Positions 63,093-64,000 of a stretch of DNA of 64,000 bases are shown piece after piece. Positions within the stretch are counted from its first letter, which is position 1. Each line of letters opens with the position of its first letter. Source of the DNA: Felis catus (lineage: Eukaryota); the NCBI RefSeq assembly GCF_018350175.1, contig NC_058368.1, positions 38,504,001 through 38,568,000 on the forward strand, written 5' to 3'. The position numbers were made by a program, and so were the translations under genes. Under the pieces are notes generated by a model. The model saw nothing but the letters and a program-made list of their open reading frames with translations, was not told the origin of the DNA and did no database searches.

Positions 63093-64000
63093 ATACAATG
63101 GAGAAAAGATACTCTTTACAATAAGTAGTGTGGGTAAATACGATATCCATATGAAAAAAATAAAACCGTACCCTTATCTTACACTATACATAAAAATCAA
63201 CTCAAAATGGATTATACACATTTGTTTGTAAGACACAACTGTAAAACTTCTAGAAGATGTAAGAGAAAAGTTTCTTGATGTTGGTCTTGGGAATGACACA
63301 AAAAGCACAATCAACCAGATCAAAAAGAAGTGAGACTATCTCAAACTAAGAAACTTCTGCATGGAGGGACCCCTGGGTGACTCAGTCGCTTAAGAGTCCA
63401 TCTTTGGCTCAGGTCATGGTCTCACAGTAAGTGGGCTTGAGCCCCACATCAGGCCATCTTCTGTCAGTGTGGAGCCTGCTTTGGATCCTCTGCCCCCCTG
63501 TTTCTATGCCCCTCCCCCACCCATGTGTGCTCTTTCTCTCTCAAAAATAAACATTAAAAATTGTAAAAAAAAAAAAAAAGTAATTTCTGCATAGAAAAAA
63601 AGAAACAATCAACACAATGAAAAGACAACCTGGGTGGGGTGAGGGAGAATATTTTTAAATCATATATCTGATAAGTGATTAATTTCAGAAATATATAAGG
63701 AATGCTTACAAGTCAATAGCAAAAAATAGATAAAATTAAATAAAATAACCTGATTAAAAATGGGCAAAGGATTTGAATAGAGATTTCTCTAAAGAAGCTA
63801 TACAAATGGATAACAGGTATATGAAAAGATGCTTAACACTATTAATTATCAGGGAACTGCAAACAAAAGTATAATAAGACTTCACCCCACATCTGTTGGG
63901 ATAGCTATTGCTAAAGAAAAAAAAGATAAGCATTGGAAAGGTTGTGGAGAAATTGGAATCCTTGTTGACTCTTCATGGGAATGTAGAACGCTGCAGCCAC
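63093..64000 (+). mobile_element. L1 ORF2 C-terminal region, continuing past the window end
   Basis: Peptide PYLTLYIKINSKWI; aaaatgggcaaaggatttgaatagagatttctctaaagaag. Confidence 0.9.
63366..63577 (+). mobile_element. CAN-SINE inserted in L1
   Basis: gggacccctgggtgactcagtcgcttaag head; degenerate TSD aag(a/t)aa(c/t)ttctgcat(g/a)ga. Confidence 0.95.

Noticed and set aside
1..64000. CRISPR arrays, operons, defence systems or other prokaryotic/viral systems
   Set aside because: The sequence is mammalian; there are no repeat-spacer arrays and no long ORFs

Overview
This is AT-rich mammalian genomic DNA from a felid (cat family), not a prokaryotic or viral window. It carries 24 tRNA-derived CAN-SINEs (three are near-intact, CpG-rich SINEC_Fc-type copies), carnivore and older L1 pieces, L2, MIR, ERVL/MaLR/ERV1-class LTRs, two MER58 DNA-transposon MITEs and several microsatellites. 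I recognise no protein-coding gene, tRNA, rRNA, snRNA or known miRNA. Most of the supplied ORFs are SINE/L1 read-throughs or chance ORFs. The best non-repeat signal is on the minus strand near the right end. A TATA box (62751-62741) lies about 30 nt before a plausible start at about 62720. It is followed by an exon ending in GTAAGT (last base 62644), a 135-nt exon with strong splice sites (59922-59788) and a possible terminal exon (from 59007) with AATAAA. Spliced together, these give a 49-codon ORF with a hydrophobic core. SINE orientation (19 plus, 5 minus) is also compatible with minus-strand transcription. This gene model is a sequence-only hypothesis. Repeat family names come from my recall of consensus sequences, and the boundaries of old repeats are approximate.
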